Below are positions 1-9,923 of a stretch of DNA of 64,000 bases, one piece after another. The DNA comes from a virus: positions 1 to 64,000 of the IMG/VR virus record IMGVR_UViG_3300006802_000087; one strand, written 5' to 3'. How positions within the stretch are numbered: the stretch's first letter is position 1; every line of letters starts with the position of its first letter. The notes under the pieces were generated by a model. The model was not told the DNA's origin, searched no databases, and was given only the letters and a program-made list of their open reading frames with translations. The translations under genes and the position numbers were made by a program.

Positions 1-1374
1 ATTAAAGAGTCAGCGAGTAGAACTGCCGAAGAAGCAGGTGATGGAACTACAACAGCAACCGTCCTCGCCCAGTATATTTATAATGAAGGCCTTAAATACA
101 AAACTGCCGGGTTTGATGTTGCACTTCTAAAAGAAGGTATTGAATATGCACGCGATCAAGTTATTGATAATATCAGATCACAAGCATCTGAGGTAGGTTC
201 ACAAAAAGATCTTCTTAAAGTTGCAACAATATCAGCAAATGGTGAAGAAGAGATAGCAAAATTAATTGTTAATGCAATTGAAGCCGCAGGTCCAGACGGG
301 CATGTTATTGTAGAAGAGGCAAAGGGATTTAGCAGTTCCCTCACAGTTGTCGAAGGCTTCCAAATGGAACGAGGCTTTTTGTCTCCTTATTTTGTAACAG
401 ATAAAAATAAAATGGTTACAGAATTTAAAAAACCATTGATACTAATGGCTGACAGAAGTTTTACATCTATTCGAGAATTAATGAAACCACTCGAAATAGC
501 GTTGGAAATGGGAAGACCTATTGTGGTTATCGCCAATGAAATTGAAGGTGATGCAATGCAAGGTTTGGTTTTAAATAGAACAAAAGGGTCACTTCAAGTT
601 GCTGCGATTAAGTCACCAGGTTTTGGTGGGACAAGACATGACATGTTATTAGATCTAGAGTCGATTATCGGCGGTAAAGTAATAGATAGTGGTTTTGACA
701 TGACATCTTTTGAAATGGAAATGTTTGGTACATGTAAAAAAATTGTTATCCAAAAGTCTAAAACACTTATCATTAATGATGATAAAAAAACAGACACTGC
801 GCAAGACAGAATGAAAACAATTAAAGAACGATTAAATTATCCTGGGCTCACTAACGAAGAGAGGGCAGTTTTACGTTATCGACTACAACAACTTTCTGGA
901 GGTATTGCGATTTTAAGAGTAGGTGCAGCAACTGAATCAGAACTTATTGAAAGATATGACAGAGTTGATGATGCTCTCCATGCAACGCGTGCTGCAATTG
1001 AAGAAGGCGTGCTGCCAGGCGGAGGGATTGCTTTGTACGCAGCTTCAGACAATATCAAGGATATTACAAAGGACATGTTAGAAGAGGATTTTAAGACAGG
1101 ATATCAGCTCTTAAAGAATGCATGCGCGCAACCCTTTAGACAAATTTTAACGAATGCTGGGTTAAATCATACAAAAATAATGTCAAATATAAGATCAAAA
1201 AATGCAACAGGCTATGATGTAAGAAACAAAAGATTTGGAGATATGTTTGAATTAGGTGTGCTAGACCCTGCAAAAGTATCTCGTTGTGCGCTTGAAAATG
1301 CTGTGTCAGCTTCAACAATGTTGTTGCTTGCAGATTGCTCACTTATTGAAGTTAAAACAAATTTATCAGAATAG
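1..1374 (+). CDS. groEL: Chaperonin GroEL (5' end outside window)
   Basis: Frame from base 1 reads IKESASRTAEEAGDGTTTATVLA and is in frame with the 364..1374 ORF (RGFLSPYFVTD, KSPGFG, DDALHATRAAIEEGVLPGGG, GVLDPAKV). No GGM tail. Confidence 0.97.
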   Translation: MKESASRTAEEAGDGTTTATVLAQYIYNEGLKYKTAGFDVALLKEGIEYARDQVIDNIRSQASEVGSQKDLLKVATISANGEEEIAKLIVNAIEAAGPDGHVIVEEAKGFSSSLTVVEGFQMERGFLSPYFVTDKNKMVTEFKKPLILMADRSFTSIRELMKPLEIALEMGRPIVVIANEIEGDAMQGLVLNRTKGSLQVAAIKSPGFGGTRHDMLLDLESIIGGKVIDSGFDMTSFEMEMFGTCKKIVIQKSKTLIINDDKKTDTAQDRMKTIKERLNYPGLTNEERAVLRYRLQQLSGGIAILRVGAATESELIERYDRVDDALHATRAAIEEGVLPGGGIALYAASDNIKDITKDMLEEDFKTGYQLLKNACAQPFRQILTNAGLNHTKIMSNIRSKNATGYDVRNKRFGDMFELGVLDPAKVSRCALENAVSASTMLLLADCSLIEVKTNLSE

Positions 1375-1404
1375 TTATACATCGTATTGTTAATGTAGGT
1401 AAAT

Positions 1405-1734
1405 ATGTCTGAATATAAACTTCAAAGAAAAATAGCTACTGCCATTGTCACACTCAAAATTGAAAATGAAACCCATGTTCCAGACTTAATGACAAGGATT
1501 CGAATATTACCAGGCGTGGCTGTAGTTGGTCAAAAAGATAAGGTTGCAAGATTTTCAGATGGTGATGGAAGACTTAAGTTAAGCATAAAGTTTTTACCAC
1601 AATCTGAAGAGATATACTCGAGTCTTAAAGACATGTCCGGTCTAGTTAAAAAGTTACCTGGTGTAAAATCAATAGGTATTGAGAGTTTTAATAAGCGAAC
1701 AATTACAATGCAAGGTAAAAAAATAATTTTTTAA
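1405..1734 (+). CDS. Hypothetical protein
   Basis: 109 aa ORF; no GroES motifs. Confidence 0.6.
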   Translation: MSEYKLQRKIATAIVTLKIENETHVPDLMTRIRILPGVAVVGQKDKVARFSDGDGRLKLSIKFLPQSEEIYSSLKDMSGLVKKLPGVKSIGIESFNKRTITMQGKKIIF

Positions 1735-1790
1735 TGTAATTCTTGTTTTTTTTGGCTTATAATACTATTAAGCTTTCAAAGGAGGACATT

Positions 1791-2195
1791 ATGAGCTTAT
1801 ATTATAGTAAAAGTGATGATTTATTCAATACTTTTTTTGGAGATTCTAAACTTAAGTTTGGCAATTATTCAAGTTCAAAATTTAACGTGTATACAAAAAA
1901 GAACTCGACCGGTATTTTTATTGAAGTGTTGCTTCCTGGTTTTTCGAAGTCTGATATTTCATTAAAAACAAATGGTGAGACATTTACAATTGAATGTAAA
2001 AACTCAACAGTATCTAATGATCGAGAATATACTACACAACAATTTAATTCTCTAGAGAGATTTAAAAGAACATGGAACGTTCCAAAAAATTTTGACGTTG
2101 AAAACATTACAGCGTCGTATGATTCAGGCATTTTGACATTGTTTTTGCCAGAGTTTAAAAGAACTAGTTCATCTCGAACTATTAAAATTGATTAA
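1791..2195 (+). CDS. Small heat shock protein (Hsp20/alpha-crystallin)
   Basis: LPGFSKSDI, FKRTWNVP, ITASYDSGILTLFLP; GGAGG RBS before ATG 1791. Confidence 0.92.
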   Translation: MSLYYSKSDDLFNTFFGDSKLKFGNYSSSKFNVYTKKNSTGIFIEVLLPGFSKSDISLKTNGETFTIECKNSTVSNDREYTTQQFNSLERFKRTWNVPKNFDVENITASYDSGILTLFLPEFKRTSSSRTIKID

Positions 2196-2237
2196 ATTAA
2201 TTAATTTTTAAGTATAATTGCGTGGTTTGTTAAAAAA

Positions 2238-2265
2238 TGTAACGGCCGCGCAATTATTGTATAAT
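2238..2265 (+). promoter_or_regulatory. TGTAAC-N16-TATAAT promoter of the sigma gene; its -35 lies inside a 13-bp inverted repeat (2214-2257)
   Basis: tgtaac 2238, tataat 2260; arms ataattgcgtggt / gccgcgcaattat. Confidence 0.75.
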
Positions 2266-2304
2266 AATTAAGTAACCTATTAATTCTTAAGGAGAAAATA
2301 ACTT

Positions 2305-3039
2305 ATGTCACAAAACTTAGAAAGCTATTTTAGTTCAATAAAAAACAATACACGGCTATTAACAAAAGAAGAAGAAATATCTTTGGCAAAAAGAATTGAA
2401 AAAGGAGATAAACGCGCAAGAGATATTATGATTGAATCAAACCTTAGACTAGCAATATCTATTGCAAAAAAATATGCAAAATACGGTGGTAGTTTAGAAG
2501 ACTTAATTCAGGAAAGTAATATTGGTTTAATAACTGCAGTTGATAAATTCGATTGGCGAAAAGGTAATAAATTTTCTACTTATGCAACATGGTGGATTCG
2601 ACAGGCAGTTACACGTAGCTTGACGTCTGAAAGCACACTTTTAAAAGTTCCTTCTCATACACTCGCAAATTCTAGAAAGATTTGGCAATTTAAACAAGAT
2701 TACAGTGAAGAATTCGGTCGAGAACCTTCTATTGATGAAATCTGTACAGCCTTTGATCTTTCAGAAAAACATGTTAAAAATGCCATGGCTTCCTCTAAAG
2801 CAAAATTTACCTCTTCTTTAGATATGCAAATTGGTGATGAAGGAAACAGGACTTTAGCTGACATCATTCCAGATAACAATCAATCCATAGAAGAAATTAT
2901 AGACAATAAAAAAATAAAAGAATGTATATTAAACGCCCTTAAATCTTTGACAAAAAGAGAAGAACTAGTCTTAAGGTTAAGATTTGGTCTTGATGACTTA
3001 ACTGATGATGATGATAATATTTGCACAATTAACAACTAA
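2305..3039 (+). CDS. Sigma70-family factor (regions 1.2, 2, 3, 4.1; lacks region 4.2 HTH)
   Basis: LLTKEEEISLAKRI, NLRLAISIAKKY, DLIQESNIGLITAVDKFD, FSTYATWWIRQA, LTKREELVLRLRFGL then stop. Confidence 0.93.
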   Translation: MSQNLESYFSSIKNNTRLLTKEEEISLAKRIEKGDKRARDIMIESNLRLAISIAKKYAKYGGSLEDLIQESNIGLITAVDKFDWRKGNKFSTYATWWIRQAVTRSLTSESTLLKVPSHTLANSRKIWQFKQDYSEEFGREPSIDEICTAFDLSEKHVKNAMASSKAKFTSSLDMQIGDEGNRTLADIIPDNNQSIEEIIDNKKIKECILNALKSLTKREELVLRLRFGLDDLTDDDDNICTINN

Positions 3040-3065
3040 CTTATAATAACAAAAAAGGAGAAAAC

Positions 3066-3338
3066 ATGTCTATGCCTAAAGGATTTAAAAGCGAAACAGG
3101 ATATGGTACATCAAAACAATTTGAAGGGAAAACCTATCATGAAATTGCCAAAATTATGAATGAAGCCGGTTTTAAAATGAATCACTCAACAGCAAGAAAT
3201 CTATTTGTAAATGCTTTAATCAAGGTTGCTGATGAAATCACAACTCTTTACAATCAAGATCATAAAAAAGAAGATCTTAAAAAATTAGCAATCAATCCAG
3301 ATTTTCAAGAGTCAGTAAGGGATTTTATGGATACTTAG
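3066..3338 (+). CDS. Sigma region-4.2-like HTH protein
   Basis: GKTYHEIAKIMNEAGFKMNHSTARNLFVNALIKVA resembles sigma4.2; own AAGGAG RBS. Confidence 0.65.
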   Translation: MSMPKGFKSETGYGTSKQFEGKTYHEIAKIMNEAGFKMNHSTARNLFVNALIKVADEITTLYNQDHKKEDLKKLAINPDFQESVRDFMDT

Positions 3339-3342
3339 TATT

Positions 3343-3594
3343 ATGACCTTTAAAACAACATCCAACATTATCATTAATGATTTAAATTTTAGAACATCAG
3401 TTTTAGAATCACTAGATTGGGATGAGCTAGTATGCAATGATTTTTTTATATACTTAGAACAGAGTCTAGAAAACAACCTCTCAATTGAGGAATTGTTTTC
3501 AGACATTATAAGTCTTTATAATAAAAATCTGGCAATAATTATCAAGGATGTATTTGAAGAAGTATATTATAATTACTCAGAGGAGAAGTCTTGA
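3343..3594 (+). CDS. Small acidic hypothetical protein
   Basis: 83 aa ORF tightly packed after the HTH gene. Confidence 0.6.
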   Translation: MTFKTTSNIIINDLNFRTSVLESLDWDELVCNDFFIYLEQSLENNLSIEELFSDIISLYNKNLAIIIKDVFEEVYYNYSEEKS

Positions 3595-3887
3595 TAACAC
3601 TAGAAAGTATACTAAAAAGAAATAAAAAAACTTTATTGTCGTTTATTCAAAAAAATAAATTAACGTCTTATGATGATTTAATACAATATTGTAAACGACG
3701 AAAATTTATTCCTTGCAAAGAGGAAGATTATAATAAAGTTTTAGATGGTAAAAATGAAAAACAAAGATCTGATTGGAATAAGAAGAGCACTGGCGGGGAA
3801 ACTAGTAAAGCACAAAAAAAGCGAAAAGCTAGGAATAGTTCTAAAAGAAAACAAGATACACCCAAATTACCTGATAGTAATGTCTAA
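3591..3887 (+). CDS. Basic hypothetical protein
   Basis: GAGGAG RBS before TTG start. Confidence 0.55.
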   Translation: MITLESILKRNKKTLLSFIQKNKLTSYDDLIQYCKRRKFIPCKEEDYNKVLDGKNEKQRSDWNKKSTGGETSKAQKKRKARNSSKRKQDTPKLPDSNV

Positions 3888-3963
3888 TGGTAAAATTGAA
3901 GATTGGCATATTTTATCAATCGAACGAGATACTTATGCTATATAATATTTATAGGAGTTAATT

Positions 3964-4302
3964 ATGTCTCAAAGTTGGCCCAAACCAGGCGTAGGTCATG
4001 TAGGTGAATATCAAGTATCAGGTCATGTCTTGCCAATAACAGGCTCGTCTGCTATTATTAATTTAAACTATTTAGCCAGTTCAATTACTGTTTCAGCAGT
4101 AGGCGGCACAGCTGAGATTACATTTTATGATAGCGGAAGCAATGCAGTCGGACACACTGTCCCTTCAGATGGAACTATACGATTTACTGGTAAATTCAAA
4201 AAGTTTAAAGTTGCATCTCCTGGAGACGCACTGGTTGAACTTACAAACATACCTGCTTCAAGCTATAATGCACCAATATTTACTGATCTGTTTACAGGGT
4301 AA
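3964..4302 (+). CDS. Putative virion protein, paralog of 16470..16886
   Basis: GVGHVGEYQVSG motif, beta-rich; AGGAG RBS. Confidence 0.55.
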   Translation: MSQSWPKPGVGHVGEYQVSGHVLPITGSSAIINLNYLASSITVSAVGGTAEITFYDSGSNAVGHTVPSDGTIRFTGKFKKFKVASPGDALVELTNIPASSYNAPIFTDLFTG

Positions 4303-4304
4303 AA

Positions 4305-4532
4305 ATGCCCTATAAAGTCGGCGACTTAGTTACAGTCAGAGAAAGGGGAGCATTGTCGTCTGACAATGCTTTTTCTTTTGGTATTGTCATTAAAGTTGAA
4401 GATATTGCAAAAACAAAAATATTAGATGATATGTGGAATACTAAAATATTTGAAAGGAAAACTTTGTACAAAGTAATTACAAACGGTAAAATTAAAACAT
4501 TAGATAACTACTTAATCAAAGGAAAAGCATGA
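4305..4532 (+). CDS. Small SH3/KOW-like protein
   Basis: YKVGDLVTV...FGIVIKV. Confidence 0.5.
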   Translation: MPYKVGDLVTVRERGALSSDNAFSFGIVIKVEDIAKTKILDDMWNTKIFERKTLYKVITNGKIKTLDNYLIKGKA

Positions 4533-5116
4533 ATATTTTTATTCTAGATCATGATCCTGCTAAAGCAGCAGAGTACCACTGCAATAAACACGTTGTCAAA
4601 ATGATATTAGAAGCAGGACAAATGTTGTGTGCAGCTCACTGGCTTCACCTACTTAAAAATTATTATGATGGTGATATAACAGATTTTAAGAGAGTGCGTG
4701 ATATACAAACGTGGCTTTATAAAAATACACACCCTCTCGAGCAACCACCTTGGAAATTATCACATATGCGTCACCCGTGCACGATTTGGACAAATGAATC
4801 ATATTCAAACTATATGTGGCACTGGCAATTAGGCGTATCACTTTGCAAAGAATATACAAAAAGATATAAAAAGGTTCATAAATCAGAAGTAGTATTAGAC
4901 TGGCTAGGTAAAAATACACCTCGTCTAATGAAAGATAAAGGGCTCACACCTTTTGCAATTTGTATGAAAGAAGAATATAAAGTGGGAGTCGATCCTATAC
5001 AAAGTTATCGTTCCTATTATATTAAAGATAAAGTTAGATTTGCTAAATGGGAGCCAAGATCAAATACTCCTGTCTGGTTTAAAACAGGAGTTCAAAATGA
5101 AAAAAACAAGCATTAG
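4529..5116 (+). CDS. Pyrimidine-dimer DNA glycosylase / DenV-like protein
   Basis: MNIFILD...HCNKHVVKMILEAGQMLC...HPCTIW...YRSYY. Confidence 0.85.
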   Translation: MNIFILDHDPAKAAEYHCNKHVVKMILEAGQMLCAAHWLHLLKNYYDGDITDFKRVRDIQTWLYKNTHPLEQPPWKLSHMRHPCTIWTNESYSNYMWHWQLGVSLCKEYTKRYKKVHKSEVVLDWLGKNTPRLMKDKGLTPFAICMKEEYKVGVDPIQSYRSYYIKDKVRFAKWEPRSNTPVWFKTGVQNEKNKH

Positions 5117-5317
5117 CCAAGAAGAGATTAATAGACTAGTAGAGATTAGAAGCTTTTTGATTAAAAATCACAGTCGTTACAGAGATTACAAAAGCAATAA
5201 AAATGCTATCATGAAAGAAACAGATCATATTTTAGTCGTTGAAAAAGCGATTAAAGATCTAGATCAATTTTTAAAAGAATACGTAGACTTTAAATAATAT
5301 AGATGTTTTTATTATAG

Positions 5318-5350
5318 AAGCCTTGATAATTATTTTATCGAGGTTTTTTT
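5318..5350 (+). terminator. Probable intrinsic terminator hairpin
   Basis: agccttgataa / ttatcgaggtt stem followed by a T run. Confidence 0.5.
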
Positions 5351-5864
5351 GCGTTTTCTAAGAGATAAATTTAAATATATTGTTTATAGTTTTGTTTTGG
5401 GACTAAGCATCGGAATCTTTTTAAAAGGTGTTTATCAATACACTGCTAAACAACCATGCAGTTGGAAGTCTAAGCCAATCATTATTAATTGTATTGGCCC
5501 TGAACTTGAAGAAGAAACAATTCAAAGAGCAATTGAATTTTGGTCGTCTCATGGTGAACATGTTCTTTTTTATGAATATGACATGTCTAAATCAATATGC
5601 AATCAAACAACTAGACTAGATGGGTTTATTCTTCTTAAAAAAGATGATGGGTTTATAAAGGAAGATAATGTACTTGCGTCAACTAAAAGATACACAAGTT
5701 ATATTACAACAATAGTTGCTAGTGAAATATACTTTAAAGAAGGTACTTATAATATTATTCTATTACTAGAGCATGAGTTTGGTCATGCTTTTGGCTATAA
5801 TCATAAAAAAATACCCGGCAATATCATGCACCCTTATTATGACCTGATGGGTGAAAAATTTTAA
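5349..5864 (+). CDS. Membrane-anchored matrixin-like zinc metalloprotease
   Basis: N-terminal TM segment, HEFGHAFGYNH and Met-turn IMHP. Confidence 0.85.
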   Translation: MRFLRDKFKYIVYSFVLGLSIGIFLKGVYQYTAKQPCSWKSKPIIINCIGPELEEETIQRAIEFWSSHGEHVLFYEYDMSKSICNQTTRLDGFILLKKDDGFIKEDNVLASTKRYTSYITTIVASEIYFKEGTYNIILLLEHEFGHAFGYNHKKIPGNIMHPYYDLMGEKF

Positions 5865-5865
5865 C

Positions 5866-6210
5866 CTATAAATAATATTGTACAGCTAATATAGACATTG
5901 CCAGAGCAACACTGAGTACGGTTTTAAGCGTAAACATTGTTTCGCCCATAAGATACCATGTAAGCATAGGAAAAACAAAATAAGATATTGCTGCTGCTAA
6001 AAATCTAACTGACCATAAGCTTTCCACGTTTTCATACGCAATTTTTGTACCGTACCAAAAAAATAAACCTGCAGGAGTACCAAAAAGAAGAGTTGCTAAA
6101 ATTGCTTTATCTTTCCAAAATTCCCATACAAACTGTGCATTTCCAGCAAACCATCCAAATACATGTCCAAGTATAAAGAGAAATGCAGATATCATAATTG
6201 GATTAATCAT
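5866..6210 (-). CDS. Small 4-TM membrane protein (SMR/DMT-like)
   Basis: Four hydrophobic helices in 114 aa. Confidence 0.6.
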   Translation of the reverse strand: MINPIMISAFLFILGHVFGWFAGNAQFVWEFWKDKAILATLLFGTPAGLFFWYGTKIAYENVESLWSVRFLAAAISYFVFPMLTWYLMGETMFTLKTVLSVALAMSILAVQYYL

Positions 6211-7363
6211 AAGGATTGTATTTCACCACAGTTGTAAAATGTACTGTCTCAGTTCCTGCAAAGTCGCTTGCTAATTTAAGTCCCCATCCAATAACATCAC
6301 CTTCAGAAAATGTTGCTCCTTCTCCCATAAAATCAAATGTATAAACCTGCCAGGCGACGTCTCCATTTAATGCAACCTCAGCTGTTGGTGTCGAGCTGTA
6401 TGAATTAGTTGTTCCAGATCCTTTGTGAAAGGAGCATGTTAGATCTGTTGTAGAGAAGTCAGTATTTGCTTTAACTTGAACTTTAATAACCTCACCTGAA
6501 AATGGCATAATTTGAAAATTGACAGAAGAAGGTCCTACACGCTCAGTAAAAGAATCTTCTGAAGGAAAATAAATTCTATCATATCCTGTTGCTGGGTTTT
6601 GAAAAAGACCATGGTCGACAGAATATATTCCACCAAGAACAATATCACCATTTTGATCTGTTATTCCTGCTGAACCGGTTATTTGGGATATAGTTACAGA
6701 CTCACCTTTTTTACTAATAACTTTTGTCATGTCGTTAGCAGTGTACCCTGCATCAACAGCGGTTTGTTCACTTGATACGCTGTTATTAATGGTCACGTTT
6801 GCTTTTTGCGATGCACTTCTTGGGACAACATCTATATCGACTGTGACATTTCCGTATATGGTCGAAAGCGTTTTAAAAGCGAATATAAAACCTGCTGTGG
6901 TTGTTTCTTTTGTCCATATTTGTGGCTCTATATACCTGTTGCCATTATATTCTTCATCATAGGAAGTTGACCAACTTAGATCTGGGAGTGGATCACCTGA
7001 TCTTAAAGCAGCATTAAAGTTTACAATGTGTGTTTCTCCGGCATTTTGTGCAGTAATTCTTCCAATGACTTGATAGTTTTGACTATTTGCATCTGGTATA
7101 ATAGTCAAAACTTTTTGATACTCGTTTGCTGAAAAATAAGATCCATTTGCATTACCTAAGTAATACTGGTTAAATTTCATTGTATTTGAATTAAAATATT
7201 CTACAGTGTTGTAAGTTGAAACCCCTTCAACTGAAATGTCTGTGCTGATATTTGCGCTCCCAGTTACAATCAAGCCATGTATATCATCACCTGCAGTTCC
7301 GTCTATAATGACGCCTTCATTAAATCGAGCTGTTGATGCTCCCATATTTTTTATTCTTGCCAC
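6203..7363 (-). CDS. Putative tail fibre / virion structural protein
   Basis: 386 aa, G/S/T/N-rich beta composition, VTGS motifs; AGGAG RBS. Confidence 0.55.
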   Translation of the reverse strand: MARIKNMGASTARFNEGVIIDGTAGDDIHGLIVTGSANISTDISVEGVSTYNTVEYFNSNTMKFNQYYLGNANGSYFSANEYQKVLTIIPDANSQNYQVIGRITAQNAGETHIVNFNAALRSGDPLPDLSWSTSYDEEYNGNRYIEPQIWTKETTTAGFIFAFKTLSTIYGNVTVDIDVVPRSASQKANVTINNSVSSEQTAVDAGYTANDMTKVISKKGESVTISQITGSAGITDQNGDIVLGGIYSVDHGLFQNPATGYDRIYFPSEDSFTERVGPSSVNFQIMPFSGEVIKVQVKANTDFSTTDLTCSFHKGSGTTNSYSSTPTAEVALNGDVAWQVYTFDFMGEGATFSEGDVIGWGLKLASDFAGTETVHFTTVVKYNPYD

Positions 7364-7429
7364 ATTATTCTCCTAATTGTTCTAGACTTTATTTATAATT
7401 ATAAACTAGATAACCAAAGGATAAAAAAC

Positions 7430-8431
7430 ATGCGCGCTAAAAAAGGTGAATGGTTTTCTCTTAAATGGGAACCAAGAGACTATTACGAGAAAGAATCTTA
7501 TAGACAACTCAAAAACTGTCCTAAGTTTGTTTGTGCCGAAAAAGATACAGAATCGATCACCCAAGAAATAGAAGAGTTATTCCCAAATTTACGAATTACA
7601 TCAGCAAACCTAGCCGTTGTTTTTGTTAAAGAAAAATCAGGCCTAAAGGTGCCTACGCATTATATGCCTGGTGAGTTTATGCCAGGTGACAATCCAAAAT
7701 ACGATAATTGGTTGACAGACTACTATACAGTTGATAGTGATTTTACTAATCAACTAAAAAATAGAAATACTGTTCAGCAAAAAACAATTTACCTTGAGCA
7801 CACTTCTAAGGTGATTAGACATGATATGCATAGCGGAATTAATACCTACATACCTCGTGGTCTTAAGGTGTTATTAGAAAAACTAGATGAAGATACAATT
7901 AAAAATCTTAAACTTAGAATTCCTTTAAAGCTTCTGGAAGAAGGTCTTAAGCATGCACAGCAAGTTTATAAAGGAGTTTATGCATTTACCAACCTAGTTA
8001 AAATAAAACCACAGGTCGAAAAAAATGTTTATAATTTAAAAGAAATTTTAGAAGAGTTTTTAGAAAAGTCTGCCTATAGGAAATATGTTAAAATTGAAGA
8101 CTTGCCTGAAAAAGAAGTTAATCCCGCGTTGTTTTGTATTGCTATTGACAATTTTATTAAGAATGGCGTGACATATAACGAAAGCAAAGAAAAATCTGTT
8201 AGAGTCTATATGAAATACAAAAATGTTCTTTGTATTGAGGACAATGGAATAGGTATGACTCAATATGAATACGACCTGCAATCTTTACCCTATATGAAAA
8301 CCGACATTGGAGACGAAGAAGCTTCTTTGGGAATGGGAATTAATATTGCAAATGCCATTATTGAGGAACATGGTTGGACTATACAGGTCAATAAACTAGA
8401 AAGAGGTACATCAATAGAGGTAGTTTTATGA
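7430..8431 (+). CDS. Soluble sensor histidine kinase
   Basis: H-box RHDMHSG, N-box AIDNFIKNG, G1 EDNGIGM, altered G2 SLGMG. Confidence 0.88.
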   Translation: MRAKKGEWFSLKWEPRDYYEKESYRQLKNCPKFVCAEKDTESITQEIEELFPNLRITSANLAVVFVKEKSGLKVPTHYMPGEFMPGDNPKYDNWLTDYYTVDSDFTNQLKNRNTVQQKTIYLEHTSKVIRHDMHSGINTYIPRGLKVLLEKLDEDTIKNLKLRIPLKLLEEGLKHAQQVYKGVYAFTNLVKIKPQVEKNVYNLKEILEEFLEKSAYRKYVKIEDLPEKEVNPALFCIAIDNFIKNGVTYNESKEKSVRVYMKYKNVLCIEDNGIGMTQYEYDLQSLPYMKTDIGDEEASLGMGINIANAIIEEHGWTIQVNKLERGTSIEVVL

Positions 8432-8616
8432 TAAAAAAGATATTTAAGTATATTAAGTGGTTTTTTGAACCATCACCGCATGATAGAAAATGTGCTGAAG
8501 CGTGTAAAAAAATTCAATCACTAAAAATAGAGTATGTAAAAAACCCAAGCGAGACATTAAAAAATGAAATTAAAAGACTTGAAAAGTTATGTGAAGAAAA
8601 ATATACTGACGGATAG
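8428..8616 (+). CDS. Small hypothetical protein within the kinase cluster
   Basis: ATGA overlap with kinase 1; GAGG RBS. Confidence 0.5.
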   Translation: MIKKIFKYIKWFFEPSPHDRKCAEACKKIQSLKIEYVKNPSETLKNEIKRLEKLCEEKYTDG

Positions 8617-9520
8617 AGTTAGCGCTCAATCTAAAGTTTGTCTTTCTTTAGCAATAACAATAATGGGAATGTTTTTTTGTGTCCAAAGTCTTATTGTCTT
8701 TAAAGTTATTAAGTCATCATATTTGACTGCGCTATTTGGTTATGCATGCATTTTGCTGTTTACTCCGCCTTTTGCGATGTTTGTTAAAACATTTATAGAT
8801 AGAGTAAACAGCAATGAAATAAAACTTCTTGAAGAAGTGATGGAAAAAAATACTTATTTGGAGCATGCTGCTAAAATTCTTAGACATGATATGCACAGCG
8901 GAATTAACACCTATATACCTCGAGGACTTAAGTCTTTAGAGCGAAGGTTAGATAAAAGCTTAATTAAAGAAAAAAAGCTAGAGTCACCTTTGAAACTCTT
9001 GCGAGAAGGCTTAGCCCATTCACAACAAGTATATAGAGGTGTTTATGAATTTACTAACCTTGTTAGAAAAGATGCGACACTTCAAATAATACCAGTTAAC
9101 ATAAAAGAGGCACTAGAGAGTTATCTAAAAAGAACATCATACAAAGATCAGGTCTTAATTGAAAGTTTGCCTGAAGTTTGCATTAATGAGTCTCTTTTTT
9201 GTACAGCTATTGATAATCTCATAAGAAACGGTCTTAAATATAACGACAGTGATACTAAATGGGTTAAAATAAAAATGTTAGATAAAGACACAATGGCCAT
9301 CATTGACAATGGAAGAGGTATGTCTCAAAAAGATTTTGACAAATTAATGTTGCCTTATTCGAGAAAAAAGAATCAAAAAGAAGAAGGGACGGGATTAGGG
9401 CTTAATATTTGCGTAGCAATTTTAAACGAACATGGTTTTAGTATTTCTTGCGAAAAACTAGAGCAAGGAACAATGATAAGGATAAATTTCAATGATAAAT
9501 TCTATACTTTTAGTGGATGA
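8564..9520 (+). CDS. Membrane histidine kinase (2 TM)
   Basis: Two TM segments, RHDMHSG, AIDNLIRNGLKYN, DNGRGM, GTGLGL. Confidence 0.92.
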   Translation: MKLKDLKSYVKKNILTDRVSAQSKVCLSLAITIMGMFFCVQSLIVFKVIKSSYLTALFGYACILLFTPPFAMFVKTFIDRVNSNEIKLLEEVMEKNTYLEHAAKILRHDMHSGINTYIPRGLKSLERRLDKSLIKEKKLESPLKLLREGLAHSQQVYRGVYEFTNLVRKDATLQIIPVNIKEALESYLKRTSYKDQVLIESLPEVCINESLFCTAIDNLIRNGLKYNDSDTKWVKIKMLDKDTMAIIDNGRGMSQKDFDKLMLPYSRKKNQKEEGTGLGLNICVAILNEHGFSISCEKLEQGTMIRINFNDKFYTFSG

Positions 9521-9923
9521 CGAAAACTTATTTCATCTTGTCTTTGAGGACGCTTGTTCTCTTTTAGATATTACACTTAATCTCGAGTCGTTAACGTCAG
9601 CCGACGAAGCTGCTAAGCTTTTTGATCAGTGGCAAGGCAAACCTGATCTTAAACCTGATTGTGTATTTGTTGATCTTAATATAATTGGTTCATCATTTAA
9701 CGGAATTGAACTAGTTCGTAAAATCAATTACGAATACGGCAATGGCGTGGTTGTTGGAATTATCTCATCGTCAGCAGACAAAGAAGAGATGGGGAAAGCA
9801 ATACAGGCAGGTGCTCAATTTTGGATTGTTAAGTCTGATGATATTGAGCCACGTCTAGAAGAGTTTAAAAAAGATTACGATGGCTATGTCAACAGAACAA
9901 ATTCATGGAAAGTATATAAATGA
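9492..9923 (+). CDS. Single-domain response regulator (receiver only)
   Basis: ILLVDDE, VFVDLNI (phospho-Asp), ISSS, IVKS. Confidence 0.92.
   Translation: MINSILLVDDENLFHLVFEDACSLLDITLNLESLTSADEAAKLFDQWQGKPDLKPDCVFVDLNIIGSSFNGIELVRKINYEYGNGVVVGIISSSADKEEMGKAIQAGAQFWIVKSDDIEPRLEEFKKDYDGYVNRTNSWKVYK

Noticed and set aside
1405-1734. GroES next to GroEL
   Set aside because: Right size, but no PLxDRV or mobile-loop GGI motif.
3030-3066. Programmed frameshift fusing sigma to the HTH ORF
   Set aside because: Only about 7 nt of open overlap, no slippery heptamer, and the second ORF has its own RBS. Not fully excluded without reads.
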